64,000 bases of DNA from a bacterium (GTDB lineage Bacteria > Sysuimicrobiota > Sysuimicrobiia > Sysuimicrobiales > Segetimicrobiaceae): NCBI GenBank assembly GCA_035308905.1, contig DATGFS010000048.1, positions 121,422 to 185,421 of the forward strand, read 5' to 3'. Shown piece after piece: positions 29,281 to 38,082 of the stretch (positions within the stretch are counted from its first letter, which is position 1; each line of letters opens with the position of its first letter). The notes under the pieces are model-generated. The model did not search any database. It had not been told where the DNA came from and saw only the letters and a program-made list of their open reading frames with translations. A program made the translations under genes and the position numbers.

Positions 29281-29550
29281 CTAGACGGCCTTCTGCAGAC
29301 TTTCCTGCGCGACTTCTTTGCTGAGATCGCGGATCGCCAGCGTCACCGCGCGGCGCGCGCCTTCATGATCCTGGAGCGCTTCCGCCGGAATCTCGGCCGT
29401 TTTGGCGTGCGCGCCCCGCGAGAACTCGACGCCGATGACGCCCTCGCGCGCTTCGCTTACCTTGCCAACGCCGATGTCGTCGCGGCCCGAGCCGGCCACC
29501 GCCTCTTCGAGGGTACGACGATACTGTTCCAGATCCTTATCGCGCAACAT
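29281..29550 (-). CDS. Hypothetical small charged protein (89 aa)
   Basis: Protein-like composition, strong RBS GGAGGTGGGAGA upstream. The overlapping plus-strand ORF (29218..29679) is Arg/Ala-rich antisense-like. No confident family assignment. Confidence 0.4.
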   Translation of the reverse strand: MLRDKDLEQYRRTLEEAVAGSGRDDIGVGKVSEAREGVIGVEFSRGAHAKTAEIPAEALQDHEGARRAVTLAIRDLSKEVAQESLQKAV

Positions 29551-29644
29551 TCTCCCACCTCCGTCTCCGGTGAGAAGTATTTACCCGCCCTTGCCGCTTT
29601 TGCAGAGGGTAGGCTATACTCTGATTCGGCCCGCAAGCGTTTGT

Positions 29645-29720
29645 GCCGGGGTAGCTCAGGTGGTAGAGCAGGGGACTGAAAATCCCCGTGTCGGCGGTTC
29701 GACTCCGTCCCCCGGCACCA
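29645..29720 (+). tRNA. tRNA-Phe (anticodon GAA), CCA encoded
   Basis: GCCGGGGTAGCTCAGGTGGTAGAGCAGGGGACTGAAAATCCCCGTGTCGGCGGTTCGACTCCGTCCCCCGGCACCA. Canonical cloverleaf; anticodon loop ACTGAAAAT. Confidence 0.85.
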
Positions 29721-30169
29721 TCAGAAATACAAGTAGGACAAGGGCTGGTGCTCGATTTCCTGCCGCCACTGGCGGCGGGACGCATGGACGCCCTTCGTGC
29801 GTCCCAAATGCTGTAGATATGCTGTACCGTGAAATCTGCACCGCTGGTGCGAACAGATGGCGTGGCACCCGTCACGCCGGACGGTGCTAATACAACGCAC
29901 CCCCACACGGGACGAGTGAGCACCGGCCGTCTCACGGCAGCGAGAACGCCCACTCGTGTCGCTGTAGCCGGGCCTCCAATTCCGCGACGCGCGCCCCCCG
30001 CTCGGCCAGTCGGTCCGAGCAGCCACGCCACGTAGTGTTCGGCGTCATGTTCGAGCAGACCGTTACCCGCGCGCCCTCTCCGCCTCGGACTCGACCAGCG
30101 GGGTGTTGATCAGCATCGACGAAATACCACGTTGCTCTCGCAAGTCTGTTGCAGAAAGGGGACGCGACG

Positions 30170-31186
30170 ATGGACACGGGCGACCAGAGGCCGTCCGCTG
30201 CGCTTCTGGATTTGGTCAACGGGTTCAGGGTGTCGCAGGCGATCAACGTCGTCGCGACCCTCGGGATCGCCGATCTCTTGAAGAACGGTCCGCGGAGCAG
30301 CGATGACCTCGCGGCGGCGACGGGGACCCACGCGGACACGCTGTACAGGCTGCTACGGGCGCTCGCCAGCGTGGGGGTGTTCCGGGAGGAGGCGGACCGC
30401 CGCTTCATGCTGACGTCGCTTGGCGAGTGCCTGCGATCCGACGCAGTCGAACCCGTGGGGCCCTATGCGGTTCACATTGGCGAGCCGCGACTGTGGCAAG
30501 CGTGGGGGCACCTTCTCGAAAGCGTGCGGACCGGTGAAAACACCTTCCGCCTCGTTCACGGTGTGGACGCGTGGGAGTACCGGCGGCGCAATCCAGAGGC
30601 GGGAGCAATTTTCGACCGCGCGATGACGGGGCAGTCGCGCCTCCAGGCGAATGCCGTGCTCAAGGTCTACGACTTCGAGCGGTTCCGGTGCGTGGTTGAC
30701 GTCGGCGGCGGGCATGGTCTGCTCTTGTCCGCGATCCTCGCCAAACATCGGGCGCTCCGCGGCGTGCTGTTCGATCAGCCCCATGTCGTGTCCGGTGCTG
30801 AGCCTGCGCTGCAAGCCGCGGGCATTGCGGATCGTTGCCAGGTCGTTGGAGGAGACTTCTTCGAGGCTGTTCCCGGCGGCGGTGACGCCTACGTGTTGAA
30901 GTTCATCCTCCACGACTGGGAGGACGCGCACGCGACGGTCATTCTGCAGTGCTGTCGGCGTTCCATCGCGCCTACCGGGAGGCTCTTAGTCATCGACGCC
31001 GAGATCGCCCCCCCGAACGAGGGCTCCAGGAGCAAGTTCCTCGACCTCAGCATGTTGGTGCAATACGGAGCACGAGAGCGCACGCGCGAGGAGTGGGCGG
31101 CTCTCTTTGCCGCGTCCGGTTTCCAACTCATTGCCGCGACCCCGACCGAAGCCGGGTTGAGCGTCATCGAGGGCATCCCGGCTTAG
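30170..31186 (+). CDS. Class I SAM-dependent O-methyltransferase (plant/actinobacterial OMT family with N-terminal dimerisation domain)
   Basis: Dimerisation region plus SAM motifs VVDVGGGHG and the GGDFF..VP motif. Start ATG at 30170 with RBS AAAGGGGA. Confidence 0.75.
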   Translation: MDTGDQRPSAALLDLVNGFRVSQAINVVATLGIADLLKNGPRSSDDLAAATGTHADTLYRLLRALASVGVFREEADRRFMLTSLGECLRSDAVEPVGPYAVHIGEPRLWQAWGHLLESVRTGENTFRLVHGVDAWEYRRRNPEAGAIFDRAMTGQSRLQANAVLKVYDFERFRCVVDVGGGHGLLLSAILAKHRALRGVLFDQPHVVSGAEPALQAAGIADRCQVVGGDFFEAVPGGGDAYVLKFILHDWEDAHATVILQCCRRSIAPTGRLLVIDAEIAPPNEGSRSKFLDLSMLVQYGARERTREEWAALFAASGFQLIAATPTEAGLSVIEGIPA

Positions 31187-31276
31187 CGCCGGAACACCGC
31201 CCCCGCCGCAGTGGGTGCGGCCGACCGTGGTCGTCCAGGTCGAGTACAGCCACCGTTCTGGAGGGATGGGGAAGAT

Positions 31277-31831
31277 TCACTGTTTCAAGTAACGAAGCGC
31301 AACGCATCCTGACTTAAATGTCTCGGACTCAACAAGTTTTAGTTGTAATCTTTCTTGTAGGCTGCTACCGTCCAACAACCGTCTCCCCTCTCCTACAATT
31401 ATCGGCTGAACGACAAAATGATATTCATCAACCAGACCGAGCTCTATCAGTTGTGAAGGAATACTTACACCACCGGTCAAAATATTTTTGCCTTGTTCTT
31501 TTTTCAATTTGAGTATTTCGTCTTGAAGCTCCGTACGAACAATTCTCGTATTGTTTCCTTCGGCGCTGTCCAATGAGCGGGAAAAAACAATTTTGTTGAT
31601 GGAGTCAAATGTGTCGGCAAATTCGTTCGTTGCTTTTGTCATAGAGTGGGTCTTTGCGACATCAGGCCAAAACGGAACCATCAATTGATACGTCTTACGC
31701 CCAAAGACGAGTAGGTCAACATCTCGCATGAGGTGCGTAAAATATTCATGTATTTCTTCATTACCAATTGTTTTGGTGTGGTCGCAGCAGCCATCTAACG
31801 TAATGTTGATTGCGAAGATTACATTTCTCAT
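31277..31831 (-). CDS. Dihydrofolate-reductase-family protein (RibD C-terminal domain / YwjB-like reductase), atypically low GC
   Basis: MRNVIFAINITLDGCCDH...LLVFGRKTY...ILTGGVSI...GLVDEYHFVVQPIIVGEGRRLL matches PF01872 DHFR-like reductases. The gene is about 40-45% GC (42% by hand count on 31301-31360) against a ~70% background. Confidence 0.7.
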   Translation of the reverse strand: MRNVIFAINITLDGCCDHTKTIGNEEIHEYFTHLMRDVDLLVFGRKTYQLMVPFWPDVAKTHSMTKATNEFADTFDSINKIVFSRSLDSAEGNNTRIVRTELQDEILKLKKEQGKNILTGGVSIPSQLIELGLVDEYHFVVQPIIVGEGRRLLDGSSLQERLQLKLVESETFKSGCVALRYLKQ

Positions 31832-31863
31832 TTTCGCCTCGGATTGAGCAGCATTGGGAGCGA

Positions 31864-32931
31864 TCAATCCATGACTACGCGGTTACCGCCGGCACGCTTC
31901 GCTTGGTACATCGCGCGATCGGCCGCCTCCAACAGGGCATCGGCCAGAGCGTCGGCGGCGACTCCGCTGTTGGAACACGTGGCGACGCCGAAACTCGCCG
32001 TGACGCGCGTCAGCTGATTCTCGATATCGGTCATGGCTTGCCGTACCCGCTCCGCGACCAGCGCCGCGTTCCGCTTTCCGGCTTCTGGAAGCAAGAGCAC
32101 AAACTCGTCTCCGCCGAAGCGGGCAGCCAGGTCCATCTCCCGACATGAGCCCCGCAAGACCGCAGCGACCGCCCGCAGCACCTCATCGCCGTGAAGATGG
32201 CCGAACTGGTCGTTGATTTTCTTGAACGCGTCGATTTCCACAAACACGACCGACACCGGGTGTCCCGACCGGCGAGACCGTGCGAGTTCCCGCTCCAGCG
32301 CCCGGCGTAGCGTCCTGCGGTTCGCGAGTCCCGTTAGGCCGTCGGTGGCCGCCTGTTCCCGAAGCTGTTCGTGGAGCCGGGCCGCTTCCAGGGCCGCCGC
32401 CACATAGCCCGCCACGGCGACGAGCACGTCCAGGTCCGCCTCATCGAATGCCGCCGTTTGGCGGCGCACGGCGCTTAGGATGCCCGTCACGCGGCCGCGG
32501 GTCACGAGGGGTGCATAGATGGCGGAACGGGCCCCCGTGTCCCGCCAGCACACCCGTCGATCGGCGGCCAGGTCAGACACGAGCAGGGGTTGGCGGGCGC
32601 CGGCCACCGAGCCGTGGACGCCCTTTCCCCGAGGAATCGCGCGCCCCCGGCTACGTGCGCACAGCCCCGAGGCGGCCCTAATGACGAACGCATTCGGATC
32701 GTTCTCGTCCACGAGGGCAACGGAGCACGCATCAAACCCGACGTCGTCGCGCAGCGCTCGGAGCGCGTACTGGAGCAGGGCCTGGAGGCCGAGGATCGCG
32801 GTGGACTTGCTGGCAAAAGCAGCCAGGAAGGCGACCCTTTTGTCCAGGCCGCCAGAGGCCGATGCGCCGGGCAGCCCGCTGCGCCTGTGCGTGCCGTGCT
32901 TCGTGCGGCGGAGAATGGCGTGGGGCATCAC
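31864..32931 (-). CDS. GAF-domain diguanylate cyclase (GGDEF)
   Basis: N-terminal GAF-like domain, then GGDEF with an intact RFGGDEF site and a putative I-site RxxD. The stop overlaps the downstream low-GC gene's ORF (ATGA at 31864-31867). Confidence 0.8.
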   Translation of the reverse strand: MMPHAILRRTKHGTHRRSGLPGASASGGLDKRVAFLAAFASKSTAILGLQALLQYALRALRDDVGFDACSVALVDENDPNAFVIRAASGLCARSRGRAIPRGKGVHGSVAGARQPLLVSDLAADRRVCWRDTGARSAIYAPLVTRGRVTGILSAVRRQTAAFDEADLDVLVAVAGYVAAALEAARLHEQLREQAATDGLTGLANRRTLRRALERELARSRRSGHPVSVVFVEIDAFKKINDQFGHLHGDEVLRAVAAVLRGSCREMDLAARFGGDEFVLLLPEAGKRNAALVAERVRQAMTDIENQLTRVTASFGVATCSNSGVAADALADALLEAADRAMYQAKRAGGNRVVMD

Positions 32932-33521
32932 AACGCAGGTCCTGCCTGACCATCTGAGCAGTGCGATGAAGCCATGCCGCCCCCTTTGGTGCGGATCGCC
33001 GGTCCTGCGTGTCCTGTACCTTCGCAGGTCCTCGCATCTTCAGACCGCAAATAACAAAGCCGAACGACGTGAACGTTCGGCTTCGGCAACCCGGCTGACC
33101 CGGCAAAACAGTCCCGGTACTACCGGCTTTGGCAGCCCGGCTGATTGCACGGCGGCCCCGTGGCTTTGCGCCCCCGCGTTACCGCGAGTTTGCCTTTATC
33201 CACCGCAGCCTCTCAGCGGTGTCTATCCGCTGTCTCTTTTACAACTCTGGCACAGTGCTCGCGCGCGCTTGCTGCTGCTGTATCTTTGCCACATCGAAGC
33301 AAAATCTTAACTTCATTCTAACTTCATCGACGGTTTACTTGTAGATTCGGAGTAAAGTGGGGAGCGGAAAGGAGGTTGCGCAAAAAAAACCATTCGGGGC
33401 TCCGCCGGCCGCACGGTGAGGAGAGCGCCGCCCGCTTCGCCCCGCCCTCCGCGTCCCCGCGAAACGCCTTATGATCCTTTCGCTATGATGATCGTACCTT
33501 CACTCTTCGAGGGTACTTCAT

Positions 33522-34607
33522 GTGTTGATTGTCGACGCCCACCTCGATCTATCGATGAACGCGCTGCAATGGAACCGCAACCTCCTCAACTCGGTCTACA
33601 CTATCCGCGCCGACGAAAAGAACACGCCGGGCAAGGGCCGCGGACAGGGCACGGTCGCCTATCCCGAGATGCGCCGCGGACGCGTCGCGCTCAGTTTTGC
33701 GACGCTGATCGCGCGGTCGACGGGCCGGCCGGAGCCCCATATCGATTTTGCGAGCACCGCGCAGGCCTTCGGCACCGCTCACGGACAGCTGGCCTACTAC
33801 CGGGCTCTGGAGCGCCAGGGGCACGTCCGCATCTTGACCGACCTCCGGGGCCTCAGCGCGCATGTCGCGGAGTGGGAGGCGTGGGATGCCGCTCATCCTG
33901 AGGACGACGGCAGCGCCACGCCGCCGCTTGGGTTTGTCATCAGTATGGAGAGCGGGGATCCGATCCTCGAGCCGCGCGACCTCGCGGAGTGGCACGCCGC
34001 CGGTCTGCGGGCCGTCGGTCTGGCGCACTACGGTCCCGGCCGCTTCGCCGGCGGAACGTCCACCGAGGCGGGTCTTTCAGAGCTCGGCGCGGCGCTCCTC
34101 GCCGAGATGAGGCGGCACGGCACGTTGGTGGACCTGACCCACTCGTCCGACGAGGCGTTTTGGGAGACGCTCGACCGCTGGGACGGCCCGGTACTGGCCA
34201 GCCACAACAATTGTCGCGCCCTCGTGCCGCACCAGCGGCAGTTCTCCGACGAGCAAATCCGCGCCATCGTGGCGCGCGGCGGGGTGATCGGGGTCGCGTT
34301 GGACTGCTGGATGCTGAAGGCCGGGTGGCGGCACGGCGACAGCAACGAAGGCGTCACCCTCCAGGATGTCGTCGCCCACATCGATCATATCTGTCAGGTC
34401 GCGGGCAGTGCCCGGCACGCCGCGATCGGCACCGACCTCGACGGCGGATTCGGCCGCGAAGGGTCTCCGCGCGACCTCGACACGATCGCCGATCTCCAGA
34501 AGATTCCGGCGCTGCTGGCCGGACGCGGGTACCGGCCCGACGACGTCGCGCCGATCATGCACGGGAACTGGCTGCGGTTCCTGCGCGGCGCGTGGGCGCC
34601 GGTGTAG
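33522..34607 (+). CDS. Membrane dipeptidase (peptidase family M19)
   Basis: VDAHLDL N-terminal motif and HxD/E-rich M19 core (VIGVALD...HIDHI...GTDLDGG). Confidence 0.8.
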   Translation: MLIVDAHLDLSMNALQWNRNLLNSVYTIRADEKNTPGKGRGQGTVAYPEMRRGRVALSFATLIARSTGRPEPHIDFASTAQAFGTAHGQLAYYRALERQGHVRILTDLRGLSAHVAEWEAWDAAHPEDDGSATPPLGFVISMESGDPILEPRDLAEWHAAGLRAVGLAHYGPGRFAGGTSTEAGLSELGAALLAEMRRHGTLVDLTHSSDEAFWETLDRWDGPVLASHNNCRALVPHQRQFSDEQIRAIVARGGVIGVALDCWMLKAGWRHGDSNEGVTLQDVVAHIDHICQVAGSARHAAIGTDLDGGFGREGSPRDLDTIADLQKIPALLAGRGYRPDDVAPIMHGNWLRFLRGAWAPV

Positions 34608-34617
34608 CGCGCTCCGT

Positions 34618-35223
34618 CTAGGGGCCGGGGGAGACCGCCGCCGCGCTTTCGTGAAGCGCGTGCCGCGCTTCTCTAATGCCGTAGTATACGATGACGAGGG
34701 ACGCCAGCGGGTCGGCCCACCACCAGCCGGCAAGCGCATTCAGCGCCAACCCGATCAGTACCGCGCCCGCGAGATACGCGTCGACGAGTGTGACGCGCGA
34801 TTCTGTTCGCAGCACTTCATTGCCCAACCGCTCTCCCGTGACGCGCTTGCCCTGCGCGAGCAGCAGCATGGCGACGAAGGTGGCGGCGGTCCAGACGATC
34901 CCGCTCACAGAGGCCGCGGGGTGCGTCTTCGTCAGCACGGTGTAGGCCAGCTGCGACGCGATGTAGACGACGAGCAGCACGAAGGCGATACCGATCAGCC
35001 TCAGTGCGGTGCGTTCGCGGTCGAGCCGGATGCCCAAGAGATGCCAGACGACGACCACCGACGCGAAGATCTCGATGAGGGAATCCAGGCCGAAGCCGGC
35101 GAGCGCGACGGAACGGGCCGCGTACGCCGCGAAGGCGAGGATGACGACGCCCACCACGTTCCAGCCGAGCGTGGCGTATTCAAGGAGTAATCCCAACCGA
35201 GTGAGCTGCGCTACGGTGTCCAC
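34618..35223 (-). CDS. Cation-diffusion-facilitator-like membrane protein (TM domain only, no cytoplasmic C-terminal domain)
   Basis: 6 TM helices with a CDF-like helix-2/helix-5 pattern (GFGLDSLIE...); the 201-aa length means the usual C-terminal domain is absent. Confidence 0.45.
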   Translation of the reverse strand: MDTVAQLTRLGLLLEYATLGWNVVGVVILAFAAYAARSVALAGFGLDSLIEIFASVVVVWHLLGIRLDRERTALRLIGIAFVLLVVYIASQLAYTVLTKTHPAASVSGIVWTAATFVAMLLLAQGKRVTGERLGNEVLRTESRVTLVDAYLAGAVLIGLALNALAGWWWADPLASLVIVYYGIREARHALHESAAAVSPGP

Positions 35224-35648
35224 AACTGAACCCGCGGAAAGGCTCCGAGATCCCGGTCATTGAGGGTCCACGCCGGCAGTCTCAGGCGGATCGCGAGGGC
35301 GGCGACCAGCACATCTTCCAGCGAGCCCTTCCATCCCGGGCCGAGCGCTCCAACCAGCGCGACTGTATCGTCGAAATCGCGTTGAGTCGGAAAGACAATT
35401 TCCAGTGCCCTGCGCATGTGTGCGAGAGCGGTTTGCGCAACCGCCGCGCCGGCCTCGCACAACAACCATTTGTAAACCTCGAACATAACGGGAAGGGGAA
35501 TGATGAGGCGGGTGCGGGCTGCGAGCAATGTGTCAAATCCCGTCCGTGCGATCGCATGGTCGCGATCGGACTGATAGGATAGCGCGATAATAGGTCCGGC
35601 GTCGAGGACGATGCCGGACGGGAGCCTATTGCTCGCGTTCGCGGCCAA
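35211..35648 (-). CDS. vapC: PIN-domain ribonuclease toxin (VapC-like)
   Basis: IVLDAGPIIAL...D...E...D PIN acidic residues. TTG start at 35648 (RBS GAGGACAG) overlaps the antitoxin end by 23 nt. The track ORF N-terminus is junk. Confidence 0.55.
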   Translation of the reverse strand: MAANASNRLPSGIVLDAGPIIALSYQSDRDHAIARTGFDTLLAARTRLIIPLPVMFEVYKWLLCEAGAAVAQTALAHMRRALEIVFPTQRDFDDTVALVGALGPGWKGSLEDVLVAALAIRLRLPAWTLNDRDLGAFPRVQLWTP

Positions 35649-35859
35649 TCGTGCTGTCCTCGGCGCGGTCCCTGGCCCCGGGGCCTGAAGCGCGGCGTAC
35701 CAGCCCCGCCAGCCGCAGAATGCGGTGCGGGTCGTTGCGCGAAATGAGCGCATCTACCGCCTGTTGAATGACGGAGGAGATCGTCGTCCCGGGACGCGTG
35801 CGAACATAGGTGAGGAGCCGGCGATCGAGAGCCTCCGGAAAGTAGATTGTCCGTTTCAT
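35626..35859 (-). CDS. vapB: Ribbon-helix-helix antitoxin (VapB/CopG-like)
   Basis: [19 protein letters not shown]... matches an RHH beta-strand plus two helices; immediately upstream of the PIN gene. Confidence 0.5.
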   Translation of the reverse strand: MKRTIYFPEALDRRLLTYVRTRPGTTISSVIQQAVDALISRNDPHRILRLAGLVRRASGPGARDRAEDSTIGREREQ

Positions 35860-35982
35860 GCAACGTCACCCGTGCGGTATCCTACTATATCCTACACAGG
35901 GGCGCAAGTTCCGATTCCAAATGGTACGCTGCGAACGGCAAGTGCCTCGGCCCGCAATACCTACCGGTCAGGAGGACCTCGA

Positions 35983-36978
<996 letters not shown>

Positions 36979-36983
36979 CGGGG

Positions 36984-37970
36984 TTACGACAGCAGCGGCT
37001 GCGACCGTACGGAGAGCGCCACCGCTGCGAGGAGCGCCAGGGCCACCAATGCGCCCACCGCGCCGGTGACCTCGACGGGCTGCACCTTCCAGCCGGCGGC
37101 GCGGCTGACCGTACGGTAGATATCCTTCAGCTCTCCGGCGGATGACGCGTGGTGGTACGTGCCGCCGGTCCGGTCCGCGATGGCCTGCAGGGTGGCCTCG
37201 TCGAGCGGCCCGCCGATCATGAAGCCGGTCGTCGAGCCGAGCGGCTGGCCGATCCCGACGGTGTACACTGTCACCTGCTGGCGGCGTGCCCACTCCGCGG
37301 CGTCGAGCGGGTCGATCCCGCTGTTGTTCTGGCCGTCCGACAGGAGCACCACCACGCCGGGCGGCTTCGAGGCTCCGGATACCGGAGGCGGCGACCCGTC
37401 GTGCGGCGGCCGCGTGCGTTCCGGCAGCGCGGCCACGGCCTCGATGAGCCCTTCGCCGATGGCCGTGCGGTGCCTGACGGTGATTCCGTCGATCGCCCCC
37501 AAGATGCGGCCGCGGTCCTCCGTGGGAGAGGCGACGAGGACCGCGTCTCCCGCAAACGTCACGAGCCCCACGGGGATCCCGCGCGGCAGACCCGCCACGA
37601 ATCCCTTGGCGGCGGTCTTCGCGGCTTCCAACCGGGACGGCGTGATATCCTGCGACAGCATGCTGCCGCTGACGTCGATCGACAGCACGATCGCGGATCT
37701 GTTGACGGGCTGCGGCATCGGTATCGTGGGCCGGGCAAGGGCAAGCACGGCCGCCCCGATCGCCGCGATGAACACCGCGGCGGCCGTCAGGCGCCGGCGG
37801 CGGCCGCGACGATCCGCCGCCGCGACCATCTCGAGCGCGGGAAACGTGATGGACTGCGGCGCGCGGCGGCGCAGCATCCAGGCATAACCCGCGGCGAGTG
37901 CCGGAACCAGCAGAAGCCCCCAGAGGAATGCGGGCCAGAGGAACATGAGTCCCGTTACCGTCCCCGTCAC
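36984..37970 (-). CDS. VWA-domain protein with N-terminal TM helix (BatA-like)
   Basis: N-terminal TM helix, MIDAS motif DVSGSM...S...D, and a C-terminal TM helix. Confidence 0.7.
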   Translation of the reverse strand: MTGTVTGLMFLWPAFLWGLLLVPALAAGYAWMLRRRAPQSITFPALEMVAAADRRGRRRRLTAAAVFIAAIGAAVLALARPTIPMPQPVNRSAIVLSIDVSGSMLSQDITPSRLEAAKTAAKGFVAGLPRGIPVGLVTFAGDAVLVASPTEDRGRILGAIDGITVRHRTAIGEGLIEAVAALPERTRPPHDGSPPPVSGASKPPGVVVLLSDGQNNSGIDPLDAAEWARRQQVTVYTVGIGQPLGSTTGFMIGGPLDEATLQAIADRTGGTYHHASSAGELKDIYRTVSRAAGWKVQPVEVTGAVGALVALALLAAVALSVRSQPLLS

Positions 37971-38082
37971 GTCAAGGCCGCGACCGCCGCGTCACTTCCA
38001 TGACTCAAGCGCGCTTTCCCTGCCGCCGGTTTTCCCGAGACGGTCGCGCGGAGCGGGGGACTTGGGGGAATATAATCCGGTG

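Noticed and set aside
29218-29679. 153-aa plus-strand ORF overlapping the 89-aa minus-strand gene and running into tRNA-Phe
   Set aside because: It overlaps a tRNA gene and has R/A-rich antisense-like composition. The minus-strand ORF has a strong GGAGG RBS and protein-like composition.
29932-30408. 158-aa minus-strand ORF in the tRNA-Phe/OMT intergenic region, considered as an integrase or IS remnant
   Set aside because: Its start lies inside the OMT coding region in antisense, and no catalytic integrase or transposase motifs are present. It is kept only as a weak possibility of an IS3-OrfA-like leucine-zipper remnant.
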